A DNA stretch of 64,000 nt from a virus (taxonomy: Duplodnaviria; Heunggongvirae; Uroviricota; Caudoviricetes): IMG/VR virus record IMGVR_UViG_3300047567_000058, positions 16,405 to 80,404 of that record, one strand, 5' to 3'. This document shows positions 9,229-19,552 of this stretch, piece after piece. The notes beneath the pieces were generated by a model. That model worked only from the letters and a program-made list of their open reading frames with translations, did not search any database and was not told the DNA's origin. Made by a program: the position numbers and the translations under genes. Every line of letters begins with the position of its first letter. Positions within the stretch are counted from its first letter, which is position 1.

Positions 9229-9579
9229 TCAGCTGACGCTCTTAAGAGCAGGATCTGAATATCCGTCAGAGCTTGAAGGCTTATTGTTTGAGTCTTCAGG
9301 CAATTTGACGGCAGAATCATACATGGTGATGCATCTCTTGCTCGTCTTGAAGAAGACGTAGATCCATCCCTTGTAGTACTTGACTATCTTGCCTTGCTTA
9401 TCTGACTTTCTTTTGACAAAGTCAGCAGTCGGGCCCGGCGGAAGCTCGTACCAGAGCTTTCCGTTATTTCGCGCCTCGGCGATCAGACGATTGGCCTGTT
9501 CGTTATCTCTAACGCCCATCCTCTCATCCGTTCGCTTGATCGCGTGCAGAGTATTATCGTGGTGATGTCTCATTCGCAT
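9229..9579 (-). CDS. hypothetical protein (116 aa)
   Basis: ORF track; protein-like (…GKLWYELPPGPTADFVKRK…); no domain recognised. Confidence 0.4.
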   Translation of the reverse strand: MRMRHHHDNTLHAIKRTDERMGVRDNEQANRLIAEARNNGKLWYELPPGPTADFVKRKSDKQGKIVKYYKGWIYVFFKTSKRCITMYDSAVKLPEDSNNKPSSSDGYSDPALKSVS

Positions 9580-9586
9580 TATGGCA

Positions 9587-9888
9587 TCACTTCTTTTCAG
9601 ACTCGCCTTTAGACGGCAGAGTTTTTCCGATGCTGTCTGACAGTTTCTGCAGCGACTGCTGACAGTCTTTGATCATAATGTCTTTGTATTTGCTTGGCGT
9701 ATTCTCATCGAGCGCAACTGAAAGCATATCCGAGCATATCTTAAGAACGCTGAGGATGCTCTTGGAGTATTCTTCCGGTCCGCTTTTGACAGAATGTAAA
9801 ACTTTGCGTATTGCTCAAGCATTAGATGCTGGCTGTCGATTGTGGCTTCCAGCTCATGGATCTTCTTGTCTTTGTCGTAATCTGACAC
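9587..9888 (-). CDS. hypothetical protein, GTG start after RBS aaaggag; the reading frame changes by -1 at an A4 run near 9784-9787
   Basis: N-terminal MSDYDKDKKIHELEATIDSQHLMLEQYAKFYILSK runs in one frame. Protein-like ...PEEYSKSILSVLKICSDMLSVALDENTPSKYKDIMIKDCQQSLQKLSDSIGKTLPSKGESEKK* continues in the adjacent frame. Confidence 0.35.
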
Positions 9889-10450
9889 TTTTATTTACTC
9901 CTTTCTGAAAAAAGGCAAAGCACGGATTAGATCAGTGCCCTTTCTTTCAACAAGATCATATATCCGCTATCTTGCATTTGACTAGACGGAAGCCGTATGG
10001 TAAAGTCTTATTGCAGGGATTGCTTGGCTAGGGTTTGATTTCTAGCGGGCTGACTTGCCGGCCGTGAACCTAAGACTTCTGGCATACGGCGGCCGTTAAA
10101 ACATGCGCTATACACGAAGGTAGCTTGCATGCTGCACAAATAGTCCAACTGCGTGATTCACGCCAGTGGCTGCGCTAAGTTGTCAAATTAGCATAGGATT
10201 TGTAGCATGCCTGATCATGCGCACAATGAGATCAGAGATCTAACGGGTATGGCCGAACTCTGAATCAGTCCGTATCAAACCGCTTTGCTTACGACAACTG
10301 CATAACAACGAGCCAGAAGCTGTATCCTATGCTGAATCCCCGGTCGTGAGCTGCATTCGTGCGGCATGGGGATCTTTTTTTTATTTTCCCCTGCTGGCAA
10401 AGGGGCCTCGAACAATAGATTATTGCAGACTAATTTGAGGCATCAAGATA

Positions 10451-13400
10451 ATGTTCGTATCACCGAGTAAGATGAAGTTGGATCGTATCCTTCTAGGGCG
10501 CACGATCAATTTCGACACAGAGAGAAAGATGTACGGAAATCTTGTGGTTCTGGCCACGGATTCTTATGACGACATAGCTTCGGTGATGACTCAATATGCT
10601 GTTTAGGCCTCAGCAGCTTTACTGCATGTACACGCCTCGTGTGGTCCGCCCTTTAAACAGAAAGATCGTTCGCGAGGATCAAGCTGCCGTTTATGCCTCG
10701 CTCAGAGACAAAAGCTCCGGTAGATTAAAAATTGGAAAGCCATTTGTCACATCGTATGCCGAGAAAAATCTGGTGTACGATATGATTCCTGATTTCAAAG
10801 AAACCCTTGCTCTTCGTGAAAACAAGCAGGGATTTGCAAGGTATATCGCGATGAAGGACTTCCTGGAAGAGTTCCTTCCTGAAGCTGTTTCCTCAGTAGG
10901 ATATCAGAAGAATTATTTGATTTTCCCTATTTGCGACTATTCTGACAAACTCGGATCAGTCGCCAAAATGGGATTGTTTGACACAAGCGTTGAAGGACGT
11001 GACCCCTATGTCATTATTCCTTCTTACGCTCAGAAAAGGCCTTGCCGATATGTCCGTCTATAAGATGTTCGACAGGATCATCTTCTATAATCCTAACAAC
11101 GAGGCTGTCGTGGTCATGGATCCGTCAGATCCGACTCTTGAGAAATCGATCAACGACTATCTCCTTAAGATATCGCGTCTCAATAACGCGAATATGGGAG
11201 AGGCCCTAGAAGGAGATGACGTCGATTCCGATGGATCTGATGAGGCTGATGACTCCGACAAGAGCGACGAAGCGAAGGAAAAAATAAAAAATTTCGTATT
11301 CACGTCAGTCTCTAAGTCACTTAAGATCAGAGCTCCTGAGACATTTGACGCCGCCACCAAAGACGAAGGAGACATCGCGGCTGTCGTCGATAAGAAGATC
11401 GACGGATATCTTTCCAAGAAAGAGAATGCCGGAAAGTCCTATGACGATCTAAAGACAACGATCGAAGCGGATCCCGATGTGAAAGCGGCTGCCATTAAGT
11501 ACGTCGAGACCAAGAAGAGCAACAGCCAAAAGCTCAATCAGCTTGCCAAGGGCCTTGAGAAAGAGGCCAAAGTCATAGATGATTTCGAAAAATCGTCTGC
11601 ATCCGATAAAGAAGAGCCGGAAGACAAATCGAAGCAAACTGCCGGAACCGCTGTAAAGCCATCGGTTCTGTCGGCTCTGAAATCCGCGGCGGCTGCGAAA
11701 TATGCCGCTAAAGACGATGATGAAAGCAAGGCTTCTCCTATAGCCGTCGATGCCGAGTCTCTCCTCGATGACAAGGAAATAGACGTCGATGTCGCCAACT
11801 TCGACAGCCGCGTTAGGCATAGCTCATTGATGGCGCTTGACGAAGACTATAACACCAAGCAGGCCAAGAAAGACCTGATGAGCATCCTCACCCATTTCTC
11901 AAACTCGCAGTTCCTTCCGATCGCGATGGACAGAATCAACATCGTTGACTCGAGCGATGACTTCAATAAGAAGATGACCCTTACGGCTCATTACAAAGCT
12001 GACGACGGATCGTCGCTTGGATTCACGCTCGACATCCCTGAGGTGATCGATGGCAGATTCATCTTCATCAACGGAAACAAGATGTTCATTCGAGAAGCAG
12101 CTTCTCCGTCTTCCTATCGTCAAGACCAAGCCAAACGTCGTCGAGATCTCGACATCATACAGCAAGATCACGGTTGAACGCACCAATGAGAAGGTTTCGC
12201 GCAGAAACGTCCGTCTTCTGAAGATGATCAAAACCGCCGAGCCTTCTGCCAAGGGATGGACTGTCCTTTGGGGAGACAATTCTGTCCATAACGACAGATA
12301 CGTCAGCGATTTCGAATATGAAGAGCTAGCGTCTAGCATCTCTTCGATTGACGCCCCGAGATACGATATCGACCTCGATCGTCAGCGCATCATGAGCAAG
12401 ATATCCGCGATGGACTTCCCAGACGGATTCTTCAAAGACGATTCGATGGACACCCCTATAGCGATCGAGAAGAACTCATCCAACGTCATTCACATCAAGC
12501 CTGACGGAGCTGTCTATCTGGCCATTCCGACTAAAGACGGAGGATCTATCGCGTCTGACAACAAAGCTGCCGATTGCATCCAGGCATTCGTTCTGGCTGC
12601 ATTGGGGCTGCAGAATGCGGATATCCCGTCTATCGGAAAGAGCTTCGTCTATTCGAGAGCCAAGATGATCGAGCAGTTCTATCCGATCTTCTCTCTGTGC
12701 GGATTCATGGAAGGAATCACCAGCGTTTTGAGAAGATACGGAGTCAAATACACGCTTTCAGACAAGCGCGACAGAACGCTTCTTTCCAATTACGTCGAGA
12801 TCCGTTTCAGGGATAAATATTTTTATTTCCTGGACAATCTCAAGAACACGATGCTTCTTAACGTCCTTCGCTTGATGGAGACCGACCAATACGACTTCAG
12901 AGACTTTGACACTGAGGATCCGTATGTCAATTTCTTCGTCAATGTCCTTGGCTACAACTCGTATGCCAGAAACACCATCAAGCTTCATCTGTCGGCGATG
13001 GTCGATCCCTATTACCTACGACGTTCAGAAAGATCTTAAGCAGCCTACGGATATCGTCGGGATGCTCTTATTCGCCAACACGCTTCTGACGACCAATACC
13101 CTGCCGATCGCTAAACGACGCCAAGAAACTACCGCATCAGAGGAAACGAAGAGATATACGCTGTTCTGTACAAAGTCCTTGCCGACGCATACAAGAACTA
13201 TCAGAACGGCCGCCTTAATGGGCACAGAGGAGGGCTTGATCTTCCTAAGAACGCCCTCATCAAGGCCCTGACCAACCAGGTAAACGTCAATCCGGCAAGC
13301 GTATTGAACCCGGTGCTTGAGCTTGAAAGCCTTTCAAACTGCACGCAAAGGATTCAACGGCGTCAACCTGGACAAGGCGTACACCATGAAGATGCGCGCT

Positions 13401-14792
13401 TATGATCCTAGCATGATCGGATTCCTGTCAGGAAACGACACTCAGTTCGGCGGAACGGCCGGAATGAGCCGATCGATTTCATATGATCCTAAGATCTCGA
13501 CGATCCGCGGATACATCCCAGACGTCGATAAGAGCAGTCTGTCGGCTACGAACATCCTAAGCCCTGCCGAGATGCTGGCATCGTTCGTGTCGGCTCAGTC
13601 GGATGCGCCTCGCTCAGCGATGCAGATTTCGCAGACTAAGCACACGATGCCCGTCGTCAAAGCCCATAAGCAGCTTGTCGGATCAGGAATAAATAAGACG
13701 ATGGCGTTCATGATATCCGATGACTTCTGCTTCAAAGCCAAGAAGAACGGAGTAATCAAGACAATCGACACCAATAAGCACATCGCCATTCTGGCATATG
13801 ACGATGGGACGAACGACGCGATCGATCTCGGCGACGTTCTCGTTAAGAACTCGAACAGCGGATTCTTCATCAAAGAGCACTTCCTCATCAAATACAGCCA
13901 AGGCGAGAGATTCAATAAAGGCGACGTCATTGCCTACAACCCGTCTTATTTCAGCGGAAAGGGAAAGGACATCGATTATATGCCTGGAACGCTTGCCAAG
14001 GTTGCGCTTGCCGCATCGGATGGCGCGTTTGAGGACTCGACGATGGTCGATGAGACTCTGTCAAACGAATGCGCGTCTTACTTCACGATGATGACATCTG
14101 TGGCGCTTGGCCCCAATGCGACGATCTACAGCACGGTTCATGCCGGAGACAAGGTTGAATCTGAGGATACCCTTCTGGAATACTCCAAGAGCTATCTCGA
14201 TCCATCGACTGCCGAATACATGAACAACATGAAAGATGTCTTGGGCGCCAATGCCGTGAACGAGATATCACGCGATAAGATCCTTTCTAGATACTCCGGA
14301 AGCGTCGTTTCTGTGAAGGTGTATTACAATATGCCTTTGGCTGAGCTCAGCCCGACCCTCAGAAAGCTCATATCGGAATACAAAGGCATCCAGCTTGACA
14401 GATCTGAGTTCCTCACCAAATACAACGTCCCTCATGGCGGAAGCGTGCATATAGACACGACCAACCAGATGGGAACCGACAGCTCAGGAAAGTCCAAGGT
14501 CAACGGAAGCCAGTATCAAGGCGTTCTCATCGAATACTACGTTGAGATACTCGACCCGATCGGCCCTGGAGACAAGATCACTTACACGAGCGCTCTCAAG
14601 GGAGTCGTGTCTAAGGTGTTTGCCGCAGGAGAATCTCCTACGTCGGAATATCATAGCGAGCTTCCATGCAACGCAGTATGCACTCCTACAGGAATATTAG
14701 GACGCATGACATCTGACTTCTTCTCATACCTCTACTCGAACAAAGTACTCGTTGAGCTAGGGCGGATGATAAAAGCCATCTGGGACTACTGA
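10451..14792 (+). CDS. homologue of multisubunit RNA polymerase beta subunit (RpoB-like, about 1440 aa), broken into at least 7 frame segments by single-base indels
   Basis: GRFIFINGNKMFI...QLLRLPIV matches the beta motif GTFIINGxERVIVSQLHRSPGV. SDAPRSAMQISQTKHTMPV matches NMQRQAVPL. PGDKITYTSALKGVVSKV matches the GDKxAGRHGNKGVVSK active-site region. Segments: 10451-10606, 10596-11063, 10978-12177, 12050-13039, about 13040-13112, about 13115-13330, 13317-14792. Confidence 0.65.
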
Positions 14793-14803
14793 CACTAAAA
14801 AGA

Positions 14804-14840
14804 CCGGCGCTCAATCGCCGGCCTTTATTTTATTTTTTCC
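14804..14840 (+). terminator. intrinsic terminator (ccggcg-ctcaat-cgccgg, then cctttattttattttttcc)
   Basis: 6-bp GC stem plus a T-rich tail carrying the ATTTTCC motif, directly after the rpoB-like stop. Confidence 0.65.
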
Positions 14841-15243
14841 ACAGGTACACGGCGCTTCCAGCTCCGTATATGGACGGATAGCCTTTGTACTCTTCGTACT
14901 TTGACGGGTCTCTGTCGATGACCCTTCCGTCTGGGAGGATCACCCATTTGTTTGGCTTTGTCACGCCGACGAGATTCATTCCGATGGCTTTGTATCCTTT
15001 GCCGTCGAACATATTGAGGTCGCAGTATGACAGCACGGACTCCGGGCTGTTGTCTTTGACGAAATGCGAGAACAGCCTGGACACGCCTCCGACGACGAGG
15101 TTATTCGATCCTGGGCATCCTCTGATGATCTCCCATTGGGCCAGATGGCTGTATCTTGGCTTTCCGAAGCTCATCAGCTGAAGAAGCTCTCCTGATTTGG
15201 AGAACAGCCCATAAGTGATTTTGGCATAGACATATCCTTGCAT
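14830..15243 (-). CDS. GIY-YIG homing endonuclease-like protein (137 aa)
   Basis: GYVYAKITYGLF (GIY...YIG), RYSHL (Arg), AQWEII (Glu) and GSNN (Asn) at canonical spacing. Start at M11 of the track ORF. Confidence 0.5.
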   Translation of the reverse strand: MQGYVYAKITYGLFSKSGELLQLMSFGKPRYSHLAQWEIIRGCPGSNNLVVGGVSRLFSHFVKDNSPESVLSYCDLNMFDGKGYKAIGMNLVGVTKPNKWVILPDGRVIDRDPSKYEEYKGYPSIYGAGSAVYLWKK

Positions 15244-15367
15244 GTGGTTGCTCTCGCAGAATGGCCTGCTCACGCTTTCCGGGATCGTCTTGATGACGCA
15301 GTCTCTCGCATATACGCGATTGAAGTTAAGGCCTAAGAACAGTTTTACGACTGAGATGATTATCGGC

Positions 15368-16330
15368 TTAAGGGACGGGATTCTCCCATTGGAATTCGTA
15401 GATGTGAATCAGATGGATTCCGTTCTTCTCGGCATCGAGGACTTTGCGCTGATGATACTCTTTGTCATCCTTCTTGAGATCGGAATGCCAATACGTCCCG
15501 TTGTATTCGATCCCAAGATGCCTGTCTGGGACGTAGATGTCTATCTCGCGCCCATCGCCAAGAAGATCGCGTCTGTTGCGATCGACTTTGAATCCGAGCG
15601 ACTCTATCAGATCGGCTATTTCCTTCTCGGCGAAAGACGTTTCCTTGTCGCAGTCAAGCAGATCGAACAAGCCGTACTTGTGGATCATTATGAAGAATCC
15701 GGTTCTTGACTCGTATCCGAGCTCGTCCATGAGATGCTTGCTGGTGCGGTCTGATTGCGATTCTATGAAAGCGGACATCGCTTCCTTTGATTGCGTGGCT
15801 GATTTGCCGATGTCTGTGAGATCTCTCGACTGAATGACAGGCGTTCCGTATTTGGCGTCGCTCGTCTTGGAGATTTTATTTTTTATTTCCGGAGACGCCA
15901 GGACGCATGCCGATCCGTACTTCTCCAGGTTCGTCTTGTTGGCTTTGGCCTTTATGACTTTGTTCATCATCGGCATGGCATAGCCATATCTGACTAGATT
16001 GGTCTTCTTGCGCTTAGCGACGACTTCCTTGTTCTTGTTGGGGGAGCTGAAGCCGTATCTCTCGACGTTGGTTTTGGCGGATTTGTCCTGGATCGATTTC
16101 AGCCTAAAGACGTTGTCGACGCCGTACTTGGCTTTGACAGCTTCCTTGCTTCTGGCGATCCTCTCGTCTTCGGAGATGGGTTTGAGATATTCCTTAAGCC
16201 CGTATTTGGCGCTGATGGTGCGCATGGATTGCTTTGAGAATCCGTAATGCGCCATCACGTCTGTCCTGGTGGCTGAGTTTTCAGTTATCCATCGGATCAT
16301 CTCGTCTTTGTCTGGCCATGTCTTTCGCAT
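15368..16330 (-). CDS. free-standing homing-endonuclease-like protein: N-terminal tandem KYG/RYG repeats plus a C-terminal DUF559-type PD-(D/E)xK nuclease domain
   Basis: Five repeats (AKYGVDNVF, NVERYGFSSP, NLVRYGYAMP, NLEKYGSACV, DAKYGTPVIQ). C-terminal EIDIYVPDRHLGIEYNGTYWHSD...LIHIYEF. ATG at M4 with RBS aggag. Confidence 0.5.
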   Translation of the reverse strand: MRKTWPDKDEMIRWITENSATRTDVMAHYGFSKQSMRTISAKYGLKEYLKPISEDERIARSKEAVKAKYGVDNVFRLKSIQDKSAKTNVERYGFSSPNKNKEVVAKRKKTNLVRYGYAMPMMNKVIKAKANKTNLEKYGSACVLASPEIKNKISKTSDAKYGTPVIQSRDLTDIGKSATQSKEAMSAFIESQSDRTSKHLMDELGYESRTGFFIMIHKYGLFDLLDCDKETSFAEKEIADLIESLGFKVDRNRRDLLGDGREIDIYVPDRHLGIEYNGTYWHSDLKKDDKEYHQRKVLDAEKNGIHLIHIYEFQWENPVP

Positions 16331-16411
16331 GATTATCACTCCTACAGGAATATGATACGCCTGCGACGGCGCATAAGCAAAGAAAACAGATCTGTCTTCA
16401 GACCTGTTTTG

Positions 16412-16888
16412 CTAGTGGGATTCTTGTTCTTCAGGAGGCTTAGGGAACTGCTGATCTACATAATCTTCATGCCCTGATTTTATGTATTTGACAGCTTGAC
16501 TGGCCTGGATTCCGCTTAGCCAAGGATAATGCAAGGCAACGGTTGTCTGAATGGCCTCATCGTCTTTGGATTGTTCGTCTTGCGCTGCGGCAGCTTTCCG
16601 CTTAGCTTCGGCAATAGCTATTTGCTTAGCTTTGTACTCTTGCATTTGCTTAACTCTTTTGGCATGCTCGATCTTAGCGCGCTCTGTATCGGTCATGAAC
16701 AGATTTTCAATCAATGAGTTAGGTTTGGCTTCCGCGATAACGCTTTCTTCGATGTCGAATCCATCGCCTGATTCGGTATAAGGAATCCCTTCTTCGCAAA
16801 GGATGTCTGCCGCTGTCATTGAATAGACGTCATAGGCTGTGTTTTGCTCAGCCGCTTCAAGAATGGCTTTCTCGGTTATATGGACCAT
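16412..16888 (-). CDS. hypothetical protein (158 aa)
   Basis: ORF track. Confidence 0.5.
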   Translation of the reverse strand: MVHITEKAILEAAEQNTAYDVYSMTAADILCEEGIPYTESGDGFDIEESVIAEAKPNSLIENLFMTDTERAKIEHAKRVKQMQEYKAKQIAIAEAKRKAAAAQDEQSKDDEAIQTTVALHYPWLSGIQASQAVKYIKSGHEDYVDQQFPKPPEEQESH

Positions 16889-16917
16889 ATAATCATTTGT
16901 TCCGGTTCGCGTCTCTC

Positions 16918-16953
16918 GGGAAAAAATAAAAAAGATCCGTGATTTGCGGATCT
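16918..16953 (-). terminator. intrinsic terminator: hairpin agatccg-tgatttg-cggatct then T6AT7CCC on the minus strand
   Basis: Perfect 7-bp stem; the T-run is the recurrent element. Confidence 0.7.
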
Positions 16954-16965
16954 TTATGGCGTCTA

Positions 16966-17448
16966 TCAGGCTTGGTTGCCGCTATTGTGGCCGCCGCCAT
17001 TCGTCTGATTTGGCATTCCCCAATCGTCATCGTCGTCTGGGAATCCATCGGCGTCTGAATCTCCGTCATCGTCGTCATCTTTGTCATCATCGTCTTTTCC
17101 GCCGTCTCCAGAGGATCCTTTGCTGACGACTTTCTTGATCATCAGCAGATCTGATGCGCTGGTGATGTCGGTGATGAATGACGGAGCCGCCACCCAATGG
17201 GCTCCCATGACGGCCACTCCGGCCCAATACAGCGCCGGAACCTGCCATGCGTTGACCCAGATGGCGATCCCGAATCCGAGGATGACTCCGGTCCAAGCCA
17301 GAAGGAACGACAATCCGACGATCCCTTTGATAAGGAATCTGGCCCCGTACATAGCCGCGGTGTCAGAGATTATGCCCCAAGGCAGCTTGATCGAATTAGA
17401 CTGATCGTCTCCGTCATCGTCTGAGTTGCTTCCTAAATTGAAATCCAT
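16966..17448 (-). CDS. membrane protein (2-3 TM) with acidic Asp-rich termini
   Basis: ORF track; hydrophobic core; RBS gaaagga. Confidence 0.5.
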   Translation of the reverse strand: MDFNLGSNSDDDGDDQSNSIKLPWGIISDTAAMYGARFLIKGIVGLSFLLAWTGVILGFGIAIWVNAWQVPALYWAGVAVMGAHWVAAPSFITDITSASDLLMIKKVVSKGSSGDGGKDDDDKDDDDDGDSDADGFPDDDDDWGMPNQTNGGGHNSGNQA

Positions 17449-17459
17449 GGATGTCCTTT

Positions 17460-17780
17460 CTAATCCGAAACGGGTTCGCTGGCGCGCCTGGAGATCTCTG
17501 AGTCGATCTCCGTCTTCTTGCTGATGATGTACTTGCGGTCTTCCGGCGTCGTGACGACTCTGTAGAACGCATCGAGCTCTTTGCCTAAGCGGCTGAGCAT
17601 CGACGTCGGCGTGTTGGTGAGCTTCGACAGATCGCGCTCGACGTGGTATTTGGAATCCCAGACCTTGCCTTGCTCGGTCTTGTGGGCCAGGAATTCGCGA
17701 ACCTCTGACGTGTCATGGAGTTTCTTCATGACGACTTTCTGGGAATCCTCCATGATCTCCCATTTGCTTTTGTGTTCCAT
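17460..17780 (-). CDS. hypothetical protein (106 aa)
   Basis: ORF track. Confidence 0.45.
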   Translation of the reverse strand: MEHKSKWEIMEDSQKVVMKKLHDTSEVREFLAHKTEQGKVWDSKYHVERDLSKLTNTPTSMLSRLGKELDAFYRVVTTPEDRKYIISKKTEIDSEISRRASEPVSD

Positions 17781-18893
17781 CTACGCTTGCTCTCCTTTCA
17801 TGAGCATCTCGAAGTTCACCGGGAAGTCCGGGAACGCCTTCGAGTTTATATCCATATACAGCCGTTTGTCAATAGGGGCTTTCTTGGAGCATCCTATCAA
17901 GAGCTCGGCTATCGGCTCTTCGTTTATCAGCATGATATGCCTTCCTCCGATGATCTCGTAGGCCTTTGACACGTCATTGATATGGGAAATAATTTTATTT
18001 TCCACGGAGGACGATCCTCTCAGGAACTCAGGCTTGATCGGGAAGTCGACGTGATCCGCGTCCGTGATAGACTCGGATGAGATCAGCTTCTCGACGATCT
18101 TCGACGCCCCCGACAGTCCTACCCCTGGGATTGGCTTAAGCGAGCATCTTTCGTCTCCGGCTATGGCCAAAATCGTTTGGATCATATGATAGGACATCCC
18201 GATCGATTTGCCCAAATAGTCGCTTCCTAGGAAATTCTCAAGGGCGCTTGATTCGTCAGACAGCTTCGATAGCTGGCCTTTGGCTGACAGAACGCATACG
18301 CGAGGCCCGATCATCGTCAGCATCGCTTCGTCGTTGCTCAGGATGATGTCGAGGTCTGACGGCTGCGATTTGGAGGTGATGTATCTTGCGACGGCGTATT
18401 CGTCGAAATTGCTGGTGTCGATGAAATAGCAATGCGGGACTCTGTCGCACACCATCTTGATCGCCGCGGCGCATCTGATCACGATTCCTGGGCGGATGGA
18501 ATCGGCTTCGGTTCCGTAGATGTACTTGGTGTAGTATTCGCTTTTGTAAGTGGGGACGTCTTTTAGGATCCTTTTGCAAGTGCTTGTGCTGTACAGAAGG
18601 TATGCCGTCGTGTATTTTCCGTACTCCTTGAAAATGAAGTTTCGGTAATGGCCGACGACGTTGATGATCTCCGACGATATGGATTGGACGGCCATCGCGG
18701 CGTTGATGCTTTGGATGTCGTCATATCCGCTTCCCTTTCTGAAGGCTTTGCGGAATAGCTGCTTGACGTCGATGATGAGATTGACGTTCTTCGAGAACGT
18801 CACATCGGTTAATTTCGGTCCCAGTATCTTGCCAAGGGCCTGGTAGTTTGGCCTGGCCTCGAAGATGCCGTCTCCGTAAGTTCCTTCGCTCAT
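17781..18893 (-). CDS. 5'-3' exonuclease / flap endonuclease (FEN, T4 RNase H-like)
   Basis: PIN-like N-terminal region (NVNLIIDVKQLFRKAF) and H3TH-like IPGVGLSGASKIVEKLI. Confidence 0.55.
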   Translation of the reverse strand: MSEGTYGDGIFEARPNYQALGKILGPKLTDVTFSKNVNLIIDVKQLFRKAFRKGSGYDDIQSINAAMAVQSISSEIINVVGHYRNFIFKEYGKYTTAYLLYSTSTCKRILKDVPTYKSEYYTKYIYGTEADSIRPGIVIRCAAAIKMVCDRVPHCYFIDTSNFDEYAVARYITSKSQPSDLDIILSNDEAMLTMIGPRVCVLSAKGQLSKLSDESSALENFLGSDYLGKSIGMSYHMIQTILAIAGDERCSLKPIPGVGLSGASKIVEKLISSESITDADHVDFPIKPEFLRGSSSVENKIISHINDVSKAYEIIGGRHIMLINEEPIAELLIGCSKKAPIDKRLYMDINSKAFPDFPVNFEMLMKGEQA

Positions 18894-19516
18894 CTGTCAT
18901 GGCCTTTCCAGGATCCGTCGGCTTTGACGACATGATCCTTATACCATTCGTCATGGAAGTCTTCGCGTCTGCTCTTGATGCCTAAGCGATCAAGCTCGTC
19001 CACGAATGTATGGATGTCGACTGGCTTATAGTCTGTGAGAGCGACGTTGACGTTGTAATAATGAGGGAGATTCAGCTTGCTGCTGTGCAAATGGCCATGG
19101 ACGTTGATTTCATACGGATTGTCGAGGGCGTCTCTTACCGGGAAGTGAGAGAGGACGATATGCCCCTTTCCCTCTGGGCAGAAGTACGGCCCTTGCATGG
19201 CTCTGTCGAATCCCATGGATATGGCGGCGCTGACCGTGAACTTGTCATGGTTTCCGAAAATGAGGATCTTATGCCCGTTGAGGCGATGGATGAGCTCGCG
19301 GAGCTTATCGATGCTCCCGAATCCGACGTCGCCGAGAATATAGCACTTATCGTTCTCTCCGACGGTTTCGTTGTATAGACGGATGATCGTCTCGTTATGA
19401 TCGTTTATGTCTTTGAACCCAGATCGCTCATAGCTGAGAATGTTGTTGTGATTGAAGTGAAAGTCCGAAGTTACGAATGTTTTTGAGTTATCCATGATAG
19501 AATACCTGCTTTCCAC
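18890..19516 (-). CDS. calcineurin-like metallophosphoesterase (208 aa)
   Basis: Motifs DxH...GDVGFG...GNHD...GHLH. Confidence 0.7.
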   Translation of the reverse strand: MESRYSIMDNSKTFVTSDFHFNHNNILSYERSGFKDINDHNETIIRLYNETVGENDKCYILGDVGFGSIDKLRELIHRLNGHKILIFGNHDKFTVSAAISMGFDRAMQGPYFCPEGKGHIVLSHFPVRDALDNPYEINVHGHLHSSKLNLPHYYNVNVALTDYKPVDIHTFVDELDRLGIKSRREDFHDEWYKDHVVKADGSWKGHDR

Positions 19517-19552
19517 GTAAAAATTATATCACAAGCTCTCTGCAAAGCAATC

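Noticed and set aside
8040-10450. Possible tRNA gene cluster in the ORF-poor region
   Set aside because: No T-loop consensus (GTTCGAATC / GGTTCRANYC) and no cloverleaf-compatible 70-90 nt segments were seen by eye. The only near match (ggttcaagcc near 8640) lacks an acceptor stem.
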